Below are positions 45,027 to 54,315 of a stretch of 64,000 bases of DNA, piece by piece. Numbering within the stretch: position 1 is the first letter of the stretch; every line of letters begins with the position of its first letter. The DNA is from Candidatus Onthomorpha sp. (GTDB taxonomy: Bacteria > Bacteroidota > Bacteroidia > Bacteroidales > P3). A model generated the notes under the pieces. That model was not told the origin of the DNA and did no database searches. It was given only the letters and a program-made list of their open reading frames with translations. The position numbers and the translations under genes are program-made. The stretch spans positions 65,986 to 129,985 of the forward strand of contig JAZRCB010000039.1 of the NCBI GenBank assembly GCA_045635365.1. Direction: 5' to 3'.

Positions 45027-45977
45027 ATGGGATTTTTTTCTTTCTTTACAAAAAAGAATAAAGAAACTCTTGACACAGGTCTTTCAAAAACCAAAGAGAG
45101 TGTTTTTAGTAAAATTTCCAAAGCAATAATTGGAAAATCAAAAGTAGATGATGAAGTCCTTGACAACCTTGAGCAAATACTTATTGAATCAGATGTTGGA
45201 GTAGAAACAACACTGAAAATAATTGACAGAATAGAAAAAAGAGTAGCTCGCGACAAATATTTAGGTACATCAGAACTTAACACTATCCTAAAAGAAGAAA
45301 TAATGTTTCTTCTAAATGAGAATGAAACAGAAGAAAGAGAAAGTTTTGACATTCCAACACAAGACGTACCATATGTAATAATGGTAGTTGGAGTTAATGG
45401 AGTTGGAAAAACAACTACAATAGGTAAACTCGCATATCAATTTAAAAAAGCAGGCAAAAAAGTAATCCTTGGAGCATCTGACACATTCCGTGCAGCAGCA
45501 GTTGACCAACTAAAGATTTGGGCAGAAAGAGTAGATGTAGATATTGTTACACAAGGAATGGGTGCTGACCCAGCTTCAGTAGCATACGACACACTTCAAT
45601 CAGCTGTGGCAAAAAAAGCAGACATCGTAATCATTGACACAGCAGGACGTTTACACAACAAAAAAGGACTAATGGACGAATTATCTAAAATTCGTAATGT
45701 CATGAAGAAAGTAGTTCCTACTGCCCCAAATGAAGTACTTTTAGTTCTTGATGCCTCAACAGGACAAAACGCAATTGAACAAGCAAGACAATTTACTGCA
45801 GCAACAGATGTAAATGCCTTAGCCTTAACAAAACTAGACGGCACAGCAAAAGGAGGAGTCGTTATAGGAATATCTGAACAATTTAAAATCCCTGTACGTT
45901 ACATAGGATTAGGAGAACAAATGGAAGACTTACAAATCTTCAATCGTAAAGCATTCGTAGATAGTTTATTTGAATAA
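45027..45977 (+). CDS. ftsY: Signal-recognition-particle receptor FtsY
   Basis: 316 aa. NG domain motifs: GVNGVGKTTTIGKLA, DTFRAAA, DTAGRLHNK, LTKLDGTAKGG. Confidence 0.9.
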   Translation: MGFFSFFTKKNKETLDTGLSKTKESVFSKISKAIIGKSKVDDEVLDNLEQILIESDVGVETTLKIIDRIEKRVARDKYLGTSELNTILKEEIMFLLNENETEERESFDIPTQDVPYVIMVVGVNGVGKTTTIGKLAYQFKKAGKKVILGASDTFRAAAVDQLKIWAERVDVDIVTQGMGADPASVAYDTLQSAVAKKADIVIIDTAGRLHNKKGLMDELSKIRNVMKKVVPTAPNEVLLVLDASTGQNAIEQARQFTAATDVNALALTKLDGTAKGGVVIGISEQFKIPVRYIGLGEQMEDLQIFNRKAFVDSLFE

Positions 45978-45993
45978 TCATAGAATAAAAGAC

Positions 45994-46641
45994 ATGAAAA
46001 AACTTATATTAGCATTAGCAATACTATTCATAGGCACAACCCTATCAGCACAAGAAAAATATGACAAACACATATTTTCAATGAACACAGGCTATGCTTT
46101 CAGACTTGCAGACAGCCACCCTTCTCAACTAATCAACACAGTAGATAATCCTGAGCATGTAGATAGAATGAGACATTGCCTTCATTTTGGATTTAACTAC
46201 GATTATAAATTCACAAACTACCTTGCAGCGGGATTAAAAGCCTCAATGCTTATGGGCTTTCATAGTTTTGAATCAGAAACATCAAAACTATATTCAGACG
46301 ACATTAACATCTTCTATGTAGGACCTACATTCAAAGCACAATTACCAACAATAGCAGAAAAAATTGACCTTTGGACAAGAGCAACTCTTGGATATATGAA
46401 CACAAGAATAACAGACAAAACAGAGGTTTCAAACATTTTCAGCGGAAATTGCTTAGGCTATGGATTAGAAATAGGAGCTGATTATATAATTTCAGACCAT
46501 ATTGGTATAAACCTTGGAGTAGAATACCTAGGAGGGCAAGTTAATACATTCAAATCAGGAGAAGATGAAATAGATATATCAGAAACCCCTGAAGACCTAA
46601 GCAGACTTAACGTAAAACTTGGAGTAGTTATCAAACTATAA
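45994..46641 (+). CDS. Outer-membrane beta-barrel protein (OmpW/porin-like small barrel)
   Basis: Start moved to ATG 45994 (MKKLILALAILFIGTTLSAQ). Alternating hydrophobic beta-strand pattern with an aliphatic terminus, KLGVVIKL. Confidence 0.6.
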   Translation: MKKLILALAILFIGTTLSAQEKYDKHIFSMNTGYAFRLADSHPSQLINTVDNPEHVDRMRHCLHFGFNYDYKFTNYLAAGLKASMLMGFHSFESETSKLYSDDINIFYVGPTFKAQLPTIAEKIDLWTRATLGYMNTRITDKTEVSNIFSGNCLGYGLEIGADYIISDHIGINLGVEYLGGQVNTFKSGEDEIDISETPEDLSRLNVKLGVVIKL

Positions 46642-46654
46642 AAACCTCACTATC

Positions 46655-47947
46655 TTGAAAATAAACATCATCACACTTGGTTGCTCAAAAAACCTTGTAG
46701 ATAGCGAACATTTAGCAGGCATATTAAGAAACGAAGGACACGAAATAGCCTTTGATTCTTCTAAAACAAAATTTGATACCGTAATAATCAACACTTGCGG
46801 ATTCATAGGCGACGCAAAAGAAGAATCAATCGACACAATTCTTGAATATGCCGAGCTAAAAAACAAAAAAAAGATAAACACACTAATCGTATTTGGCTGT
46901 TTAGTAGAGCGCTATAAAGAAACCCTTGAAGAAGAAATCACAGAAGTAGATGCCTTTTTTGGAGTGAAAGACTATACCGAAATAGCAACCTACCTAAACG
47001 CAAAAATAGAAGAAAAACACTACCTTCAACGATTAGCAAGCACACCAAAACATTACGCATACCTAAAAATATCAGAAGGATGCGACAGAAGATGTTCCTT
47101 TTGTGCCATTCCCGACATAAGAGGACATCACACCTCTATTCCAATCGAAGAATTAGTAGAAGAAGCCAAACAATTAGCAGAACAAGGCGTAAAAGAACTA
47201 ATCATAATTGCACAAGACACCTGCAACTATGGCAAAGACCTTTATGGCAAAGTAAGACTTGTAGATTTATTACAAGAAATAGCAAAAATAGAACAAATAA
47301 AATGGCTACGCCTTCAATACTCCTACCCTAACGATTTCAACGATGAATTAATAGATTTCATAGCAAAAGAACCTAAAATGTGCAAATACATTGACATGCC
47401 TTTGCAACACATCAACAATCGTTTGCTTAAATCTATGAATCGCAAGATTACAGGAGAGGAAATCAACACCTTACTCAATAAAATCAAAACCAAAATCCCT
47501 AACATCTGCCTTCGTACAACCTTTATAGTAGGTTATCCAAGCGAAACGAGAGAAGAATTTGAAGAATTAAAAACCTTTGTAGAACAAACAAAGTTTGACA
47601 GAATGGGTGCTTTCACCTACTCCCCTGAAGAAAACACACCTTCATTTAAGCTAAACGATGATGTCACTCAAGAAGAAAAAGACGAACGTTTAGACGAACT
47701 CACTCAAGTGCAAGAAGGCATTTCTTTACAATTAAACAGGAATAAAATTGGCAAAAACTTCACTGTGTTAATTGATAGAAAAGAGGGAGAATATTGGATA
47801 GGCAGAACACAACACGATTCCCCTGAGGTAGATAACGAAGTCCTTATACCAAAAGAACAAAAAGCCAAGATTGGTGAATTTTTCCAAGTAAACATAACCG
47901 ATGCAGTAGAGTTTGACCTATATGGCGAGATAATAAACAAGGCTTAA
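46655..47947 (+). CDS. rimO: Ribosomal protein S12 methylthiotransferase RimO
   Basis: 430 aa, TTG start. INIITLGCSKNLVDSE, radical-SAM CDRRCSFCAIP, C-terminal TRAM domain. Confidence 0.85.
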   Translation: MKINIITLGCSKNLVDSEHLAGILRNEGHEIAFDSSKTKFDTVIINTCGFIGDAKEESIDTILEYAELKNKKKINTLIVFGCLVERYKETLEEEITEVDAFFGVKDYTEIATYLNAKIEEKHYLQRLASTPKHYAYLKISEGCDRRCSFCAIPDIRGHHTSIPIEELVEEAKQLAEQGVKELIIIAQDTCNYGKDLYGKVRLVDLLQEIAKIEQIKWLRLQYSYPNDFNDELIDFIAKEPKMCKYIDMPLQHINNRLLKSMNRKITGEEINTLLNKIKTKIPNICLRTTFIVGYPSETREEFEELKTFVEQTKFDRMGAFTYSPEENTPSFKLNDDVTQEEKDERLDELTQVQEGISLQLNRNKIGKNFTVLIDRKEGEYWIGRTQHDSPEVDNEVLIPKEQKAKIGEFFQVNITDAVEFDLYGEIINKA

Positions 47948-47967
47948 TGCTTATTTAATAAAAGAAA

Positions 47968-48013
47968 AGAGGCTATTTAACTTTAAAAATGTTAGATAGC
48001 CTCTTTCTTTTTC
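47968..48013 (+). terminator. Intrinsic terminator after rimO
   Basis: agaggctat (47968-47976) pairs with atagcctct (47996-48004), with inner ttaac/gttag-type pairs, then ttcttttt. Confidence 0.7.
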
Positions 48014-48132
48014 AAAGTTTTATTTCATTTTTTCAAAGAGATAATCCGTTTTCTTAAAGAGATAATAGATTTTCACAAAGAGAAAATGGATTTTCACAAA
48101 GAAAAACCAATTTGAAAATAAAGTTTCATTTC
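48008..48132 (+). repeat. ~125-nt element built of 21-22-nt subrepeats TTTTCAnAAAGAGA... (copy E2)
   Basis: AAAG(A) phase starts at 48014, 48035, 48056, 48077, 48098 and 48120. The core is near-identical to 16261-16364. An inverted unit, ctttgtgaaaa, lies at 48140-48150. Confidence 0.8.
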
Positions 48133-48235
48133 ATTAATCCTTTGTGAAAACATAGTCTTTCTTGGATTTTTTTTGAGAAAAGAAGATAAAATAAAAAATA
48201 TTTCAAGAAAAGTTTGGAATAATCTTTTTTTTCTT

Positions 48236-48243
48236 TACCTTTG
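48236..48243 (+). promoter_or_regulatory. Bacteroidota -7 promoter box (TACCTTTG)
   Basis: Matches TAnnTTTG, 28 nt upstream of ATG 48272. Confidence 0.5.
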
Positions 48244-48271
48244 TCGCCACAATCATTAAAATATATCAGTT

Positions 48272-49909
48272 ATGAAAAAAAATGTATTTTTTATTATTTC
48301 CGTTTTAATCTTCGGAATGGTGTATTCTCAAGTGTTTAAAGATGCACAAGATTACACAAGAACATCATTAATAGATTTAGGCACAGAATATTTACAAGAG
48401 TATTCGCAAAAAGTTCTGCACTACAAAGATAGTATACATATTGCTATGTCTAATACAGTTGAAGGGAAAACAATCTTTACAAAAATGACCGATGGCAATA
48501 TTGAAACAGCCGAGTATGTTGTTATAGATTCTTTTAATGTAAAGGACTTTGATGTCTTTGGCGACAAATTATATTTTTGTGGTAGCAAGAATAATGATGT
48601 ATCAACAGACGCTTTTATAGCTTATGTTGATATTAGCGATTTGTTTCCACCTAACGATTATATTATGTCTAACTCATCAAATATAAAATATACTTTGATA
48701 AACAATATCTATCAAGATAGCATTTTTTCCATAAATAGAATAGAGGTATTTAGAGATAGTAATGATGTTGTCATAGCAGGGATTGGAAAGATGTATTACG
48801 GAAAACCACCTTATGAGGGAATGCATACAAATCCTAATGGTGACATGATTTTTGTTTTAAAAGACCCTTCTGAATATTATTTAGATTTCTTTATGTTTTA
48901 TACCATAAAAGAAGAAAGTGTAGTAACCAATCAATATGATGTAGGTTTAGGAGCAACACCGACTTATGATATTGCAAATAATTTTGAGATGTTTTATATT
49001 CCAACAGACACAGTCAATAGTTGTTACTATAATAAGTTTGCCGAGATAACAGAAACCGACAATAAGATTTATTTAACAGCAGTGGATTATTCCATAATAT
49101 CAGACTCAAATTATTTTACGACCAACTACATAAAACTTTATTCTTTTGATAAACTTACACGTCAACAACAAACTGCAAGAATAAATCTTTCTCTCAGTAT
49201 TTACCAAGATTTAGGCATCAAAACAACTCATTTAACGGGTGATGATTTTGCTATTGCTTTGAATCAATATGGGGATGTCAGTGGTGTTTACATACAAACA
49301 CCTTGTGTTTTTAAAGTGAGTCCTGATGCTACAAATATTTTTAATCTCTCAAACTTTTCCTTTTTTGACTCTTTTAAAGGAAGAGGGTTTAAAATCTATG
49401 ACTGTGATTATTTAGAGAAAAGACAAGAAGTAATAGTGTTGAAAAATTCAGCAATTAATGAGCAAAAATATGATGTGGTTCTTCATTTGGATATGCGTCC
49501 TAATGTAACCTATCCTTATACTTCTTATAAATATAAAGTCAATCTTAAAGAAAACAGCGATTATCATATACGCATGAGTGATTTGTGTGTTAGTGCTTCA
49601 CATGGTTATACGGTTACAGGATATTTCACAGATGAATCAATGCTTATTTATGATACAAGGAATGAGAGTTATCTTTCAAACTACCCTTGTTTTGTTAAGG
49701 AAAATCTTACGGTAACAAATAGTGCAACATATAATATTGCAAATAATCCTCCATTAGAGCAATGTAGATTTAGCAGACAAGTACCTATGCCTGGTGATGG
49801 TCATTTGTTAATTTTGTATTTTTCTGATTCGGTTCATCATGTTTTCTTTAATACTCTCAACTTTCCAAATGTATATAATTCATCAATAGAAACAAGTTGT
49901 TTTAAATAA
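48272..49909 (+). CDS. Secreted hypothetical protein (545 aa), no T9SS CTD recognised
   Basis: Signal peptide MKKNVFFIISVLIFGMVYSQ. No family recognised. It lies 26 nt upstream of the 450-aa cargo gene. Confidence 0.65.
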   Translation: MKKNVFFIISVLIFGMVYSQVFKDAQDYTRTSLIDLGTEYLQEYSQKVLHYKDSIHIAMSNTVEGKTIFTKMTDGNIETAEYVVIDSFNVKDFDVFGDKLYFCGSKNNDVSTDAFIAYVDISDLFPPNDYIMSNSSNIKYTLINNIYQDSIFSINRIEVFRDSNDVVIAGIGKMYYGKPPYEGMHTNPNGDMIFVLKDPSEYYLDFFMFYTIKEESVVTNQYDVGLGATPTYDIANNFEMFYIPTDTVNSCYYNKFAEITETDNKIYLTAVDYSIISDSNYFTTNYIKLYSFDKLTRQQQTARINLSLSIYQDLGIKTTHLTGDDFAIALNQYGDVSGVYIQTPCVFKVSPDATNIFNLSNFSFFDSFKGRGFKIYDCDYLEKRQEVIVLKNSAINEQKYDVVLHLDMRPNVTYPYTSYKYKVNLKENSDYHIRMSDLCVSASHGYTVTGYFTDESMLIYDTRNESYLSNYPCFVKENLTVTNSATYNIANNPPLEQCRFSRQVPMPGDGHLLILYFSDSVHHVFFNTLNFPNVYNSSIETSCFK

Positions 49910-49935
49910 TATTAACCTTAAATTATAAAATAGTT

Positions 49936-51288
49936 ATGAAAAAAGTATTATTAATTTTGGTTTTCGCATTATTTTCTTTATCAAGTTTAAATCTTAAAGC
50001 TCAATATCATTTTGATTACAAACCCGATTCAAGTGAATATGATTTACTTTATGTTTTTGACACTACTTATTTTTCAAATTGTTTTTTAAGTAATAATCCT
50101 CTTTATAATCAAGTGCCATCATCACCTGGAACTCAAGGTTATCTTGTTTGGCCAGCTTATTCTGATATGTATGCTACGCATAAATATTATCTTCCGTATT
50201 ATAATTTATGGTGTGATTCAACTGCACCTGCGTCACTTGATGGTTATGTGGTTGGTGCTAATATATATAATGACTCTGTTTATGCAGAAGCCTTTGCTCA
50301 AGAGTATCTTTTCAATCAATATGATATACCTTATGATAATTATATTATTTGTGGAGTATCAATAAGAATAGGAGGTACCGGTCGTCATCGCTGGGGAAAT
50401 ATTTCTATTTTAGATGAAAACCTTGATACAATTTCAGCAACTTTATTCCATACTGATAACTTAGGCCCAACTTTAGACTCAATAGTACCTTGGAATAGGG
50501 ATGGTTGGAATAATTATTATTTCTTTGATAGAGATTACCATAATCTTACTAATCTTACTAATTTTCATATAGCGTTTGATACGGAAGAAGAAAAATATAA
50601 AAGTCCAAGTTATTTTCAAGTAATACATACTTGCAATGTTTATAGTCCATGTCTTAGAGATTCTATCTATTCCAAAGGTGGACCTTATGAAGTAGGGTTA
50701 AGTTATGATTCTATTATGCCAGGTCTTATAAATTGGATAAAAATGTATCATTGGACCGGACCTGATAGCCCTTGGGGTATTAGAGATTCTATAACAGGAG
50801 AATGGTTGGATCCTACGGTTTTTGGTTGGCCTGGTAGTTGGGTATACAATGCTATGATAGATTATTACAAAGCTTTAGAGCCTGAGAGATTTATTCCTTT
50901 GTGTGCTTTTACTAATGCAAAACATATTAGACGTAATGGTGAATGGATAAATTTTGAAGATGACCCTGCTTATACGATTTGGCAAAATATTTACATTGCA
51001 ATGGTGCCTATTATTATGATTCCTTCTAATACACAGTCTTTGCCGGAAGTGGAATTAGAGAAGATGTGTTATCTTTTCCCTAATCCTACTAGGGATTATT
51101 TCAAGGTGATGAGTCATTACACTATTGAGAGCGTGCAAGTCTATGATATAGTTGGAAAACTCGTCTTGGAAAGAAATGTAAATAACTTTGATGCGGGATT
51201 TGATGCAAGTGGTTTCTCTTCGGGTTCTTATATAGTAAAGATAAACACCGTAAAAGGAGAAGTTAAAAAGAAATTAATTATAGAATAA
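49936..51288 (+). CDS. Secreted protein of unknown function with a T9SS C-terminal sorting domain (paralog of 36390-37700)
   Basis: 450 aa. The last ~117 aa differ from the 436-aa paralog at only 8 positions. Same HTCNVYSPCLRDSI core. Confidence 0.85.
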   Translation: MKKVLLILVFALFSLSSLNLKAQYHFDYKPDSSEYDLLYVFDTTYFSNCFLSNNPLYNQVPSSPGTQGYLVWPAYSDMYATHKYYLPYYNLWCDSTAPASLDGYVVGANIYNDSVYAEAFAQEYLFNQYDIPYDNYIICGVSIRIGGTGRHRWGNISILDENLDTISATLFHTDNLGPTLDSIVPWNRDGWNNYYFFDRDYHNLTNLTNFHIAFDTEEEKYKSPSYFQVIHTCNVYSPCLRDSIYSKGGPYEVGLSYDSIMPGLINWIKMYHWTGPDSPWGIRDSITGEWLDPTVFGWPGSWVYNAMIDYYKALEPERFIPLCAFTNAKHIRRNGEWINFEDDPAYTIWQNIYIAMVPIIMIPSNTQSLPEVELEKMCYLFPNPTRDYFKVMSHYTIESVQVYDIVGKLVLERNVNNFDAGFDASGFSSGSYIVKINTVKGEVKKKLIIE

Positions 51289-51305
51289 ACGCTAATTAAA
51301 TAAAA

Positions 51306-51338
51306 AAAGAAAGCAAAGATTAAGTCTTTGCTTTCTTT
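51306..51338. terminator. Bidirectional hairpin terminator between convergent genes
   Basis: A 14-bp perfect stem, aaagaaagcaaaga (51306-51319) pairing with tctttgctttcttt (51325-51338), has a 5-nt loop. An A-run lies before it and T-rich sequence after it. Confidence 0.7.
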
Positions 51339-51344
51339 GTATTG

Positions 51345-53300
51345 TTATTTTACATTCACAACTCTAATCTCTATTCTTCTATCTTCCATTGCTTGAAGAG
51401 TAAAGACTGAGCGACGTTTTTCTTCTAAGCTTGTTGGGTTTGCCGATTTGCTTTCAAGTTTTCCTACCGGCATTTGTTCTATATAGATTTTACCACTTTC
51501 AAAGTATGGTTGCAAACGGCTATTTTGCCATTCTTTTAAGTAATTTTCTAAACTTACTATTCTTCTTTCTGATAATATGTGATTGTATTCTGTATCGTGA
51601 AGTGCTGAGGCATATCCTCTAACGTGTAGTGTTATTTGTTTTCCGCTTTGTGCTTGTTCTAATAAATACTCTGCTAATAGGTCTAATTTCATCATTCCTT
51701 TGTCTATTTTGTCTTTAAAGAATGATTCCATTTTTTCTAATACTGGAGCTTCCAAGCTATCTACTAATCCTCTTGTTGCATTTGCTTTGTATTGATTAGC
51801 AAGGCGTCTGTATTCTTTGTAGCATTCTTGGTATGATTTGTCTGTGGTTGGTGAAGTGCTTCCTGGGTTTGGCTCATCGTTATGGAAATATAATGCTATT
51901 GGAAGGTCAAACACTGGATTGAATTTCTCTTTTTGTTCTACGATTTGTTGGGTTGGCACTTCTGGAAGGTGGGTATCCCAACGATAAATATCGTTGCAAC
52001 AAGTTTTATTTTTAAGGTTGTTTTCGCTTTTGCGGTTTGATGTAAAGTATCCTTGTTCTCCACTTATATTAACGTATGGGTAAATGTCATTTGCTGGTGA
52101 GTTGATTGGTTGCATTAAGTTTTCTGGTGTGGTCCATCTTGTTAATGCTCCTTCACTACGGAATATGTCAAATCCTCCAAAGCCTTTGTGGTAGTCGGAA
52201 CTAAAGTATAATCTTTCTTCATCTTCACAATAGTGTGGAGTTATTTCATTTCCTTTTGTATTAATAGTGCTTCCAAGGTTTATTGGTTTTGATTCTGGAT
52301 TTGTTAGATTTACATACCATATATCGTATTCTCCATAGCCTCCTGCTCTGTTTGATGAGAAATACATAAATGTTTCTCCTGCTTCATTGCGTGCTATTAC
52401 TGGAGTAGAGTTTGAGGATTTCTTGTCATAGGCTTGTTTTACTACTTTAGGGCTACTCCATTTACTATTTGAGTATTGTGAAGAGTATATTTGACTTACT
52501 TCTTTTCCGTTCTTTATTTCTGTTATGTTGAAATAGATTGTGTAGCTCAATGTATCAAAGAAGAAGTTTGATATGTTTTTCTTTTTATTATTGACTTGTG
52601 TGATTTCAAGGTGTTTTGCTGGTGTGTAGAATTCTTCGTCTATATATGAGTAAAAGATTTGATTGTAGATATCAGAGTAAACTCTTTCGCCGTCTTCTTC
52701 GGTTTCTTTATAGATTGGAGATGTGAAATAGATAACGCTATCTCTTAATATAAAGGTATTGCTTTGTGAAAACTCTGTGTTTACGTTGTATCCTAGGTTT
52801 ACTACTGTTGTATTTTTGTCTGCTTTTTCGTTATCGAATATCCAACGTAGTGTTTCTAATTCTCTTTTTACTTCTTTTCTGATATTGATATCAGGACAGT
52901 CTAAAAGGCATGTGTTTAAGAAGTGTTGTGCTTGTACTATATTGCCATTACATTTAGCAACTTCTGCTAAGTGCAAATATAGATAAGGAAAAGTTGTATT
53001 GATGTCTAAAGTGTCACCGCTTTCTATCAACACTTTTTGATACCAATATTCTGCTTTGTCGTAATCTTTTTGCATTCTGCAGACTTCTGCTATCTTGTAA
53101 TTTAGACTCAATGGGTTAAGTATGAATTTTTTTCCCATTCTATAATTTGCCATTGCTTCTTCATAATTTCCTTTTGCAAAGGCTTTGTCTCCTTTTTCTT
53201 CGTATGCTTTTGCATATTTCTCTTGTGCGTTTAAGTTCGCAACGGATAAGCATGTTGAAAAGCTTATTAATAATACTAATGCTTTTAAAATGTTGGACAT
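51345..53300 (-). CDS. OmpA-family protein with N-terminal TPR and TolB-like (PD40) repeats; PorE-like architecture
   Basis: 651 aa with a signal peptide. TPR-like AKAYEEKGDKAFAKGNYEEAMANY. PD40-like repeats (MYFSSNRAGGYGEYDIWYV, LYFSSDYHKGFGGFDIFRS, GYFTSNRKS). OmpA_C-like end (LHVRGYASALHDTEYNHILSERRIVSLENYL...RRIEIRVV). Confidence 0.75.
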   Translation of the reverse strand: MSNILKALVLLISFSTCLSVANLNAQEKYAKAYEEKGDKAFAKGNYEEAMANYRMGKKFILNPLSLNYKIAEVCRMQKDYDKAEYWYQKVLIESGDTLDINTTFPYLYLHLAEVAKCNGNIVQAQHFLNTCLLDCPDINIRKEVKRELETLRWIFDNEKADKNTTVVNLGYNVNTEFSQSNTFILRDSVIYFTSPIYKETEEDGERVYSDIYNQIFYSYIDEEFYTPAKHLEITQVNNKKKNISNFFFDTLSYTIYFNITEIKNGKEVSQIYSSQYSNSKWSSPKVVKQAYDKKSSNSTPVIARNEAGETFMYFSSNRAGGYGEYDIWYVNLTNPESKPINLGSTINTKGNEITPHYCEDEERLYFSSDYHKGFGGFDIFRSEGALTRWTTPENLMQPINSPANDIYPYVNISGEQGYFTSNRKSENNLKNKTCCNDIYRWDTHLPEVPTQQIVEQKEKFNPVFDLPIALYFHNDEPNPGSTSPTTDKSYQECYKEYRRLANQYKANATRGLVDSLEAPVLEKMESFFKDKIDKGMMKLDLLAEYLLEQAQSGKQITLHVRGYASALHDTEYNHILSERRIVSLENYLKEWQNSRLQPYFESGKIYIEQMPVGKLESKSANPTSLEEKRRSVFTLQAMEDRRIEIRVVNVK

Positions 53301-54292
53301 GGTATTGTTTTTATTTTTTTGTTATACGAATATTTATTAAATCCATAGCTTAAGAATATTTCTAATCCTCCATAAGTGTTAGAGACTTGTGAAAGGCCTG
53401 AAATATTTATGTCATAGGATAATCCAAAATCAAATGTGTTGTATTGGTATTTTAATCCTACTATTATTGCATCGTTTGAACGATAGTATAGTCCTAATCC
53501 TATTGTGTTTCTATCAAAGATTGTAGTGGCTATATCTAAAAGATATTCCCCTCCTACTATGATTTCATAGTTGTCGTTTTGTTTTGTGAAATTAGCTTGC
53601 AAGTGTAATTGGCTTACATCTGTAGTTGGAAACAAGTAATTGAGATATGCAAAATAGCGTTCATGTAGTCTTAGGTCTTCTGAGTCTAACTCTTCCATGA
53701 AAGAGATATATGGTTTGTTTAGATGAAAGAGGGCTAATCCTGCTGAAAGGGTTTGCATATCTGTTGGCTCTATTTGCCAATGTAAACCTAAGGATATATC
53801 ATTGTAAGATGTGTTTGATAGCAATATACCTTCCCAATCTGCTGGATTTTGTCCAAAGTCTGCATTTGTGGCATCGTATGACCAATAGGTATTTGCTAAT
53901 TGTAGGCCTAAGGAGATAAAATGATTGTTGTGTTTTTGTATTTGTTTGTTGTATGAGAGGCTTACAAACATTTGTCTTTGCCCAAAGTTAAGACTTCCTG
54001 CTGCATCTCTCATAAATCCAACTCCTACTCCTAATGATTGTCTATATCTTTTGCTACTGAATAAGCGTGCTTCTGCTGTAAACAAACTTGTGTTGTATCC
54101 ATTGGTTGATACAGTTTGCCATTGATTGCGATAGGTTGTCGCAACTTTAAAGTCTGTTGAGAAAAACGCTGTCTTAGCTGGATTTAGATACATATCATTA
54201 GCATTTAATGAAGAAAAGTGTATGTCTTGCCCATTGGTTAAAAGAGCAATGCTATTAAAGATTAATATACATACAACATAGATTTTCTTCAC
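53285..54292 (-). CDS. PorP/SprF-family T9SS outer-membrane protein (second copy)
   Basis: 335 aa. GQDIHFSSLNANDMYLNPAKTAF after the signal peptide. Ends ...IPCPTF like the first copy. It overlaps the downstream OmpA-family gene by 16 nt. Confidence 0.8.
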   Translation of the reverse strand: MKKIYVVCILIFNSIALLTNGQDIHFSSLNANDMYLNPAKTAFFSTDFKVATTYRNQWQTVSTNGYNTSLFTAEARLFSSKRYRQSLGVGVGFMRDAAGSLNFGQRQMFVSLSYNKQIQKHNNHFISLGLQLANTYWSYDATNADFGQNPADWEGILLSNTSYNDISLGLHWQIEPTDMQTLSAGLALFHLNKPYISFMEELDSEDLRLHERYFAYLNYLFPTTDVSQLHLQANFTKQNDNYEIIVGGEYLLDIATTIFDRNTIGLGLYYRSNDAIIVGLKYQYNTFDFGLSYDINISGLSQVSNTYGGLEIFLSYGFNKYSYNKKIKTIPCPTF

Positions 54293-54315
54293 ATTTAAGA
54301 TAGTTTATGATTGTT

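Noticed and set aside
5472-48132. Whether the regularly spaced intergenic repeats are CRISPR arrays
   Set aside because: The units are contiguous, degenerate 21-nt repeats without unique 25-40-nt spacers. Each array has only 3-6 units, and no cas genes are present in the window.
29705-54292. Shared extreme C-terminus CP[ST]F (IKCPSF / IPCPTF) in the two PorP/SprF paralogs as a novel motif
   Set aside because: A terminal aromatic residue is the normal outer-membrane beta-barrel signature. I believe the CPxF ending is a general property of the PorP/SprF family rather than something specific to this locus.
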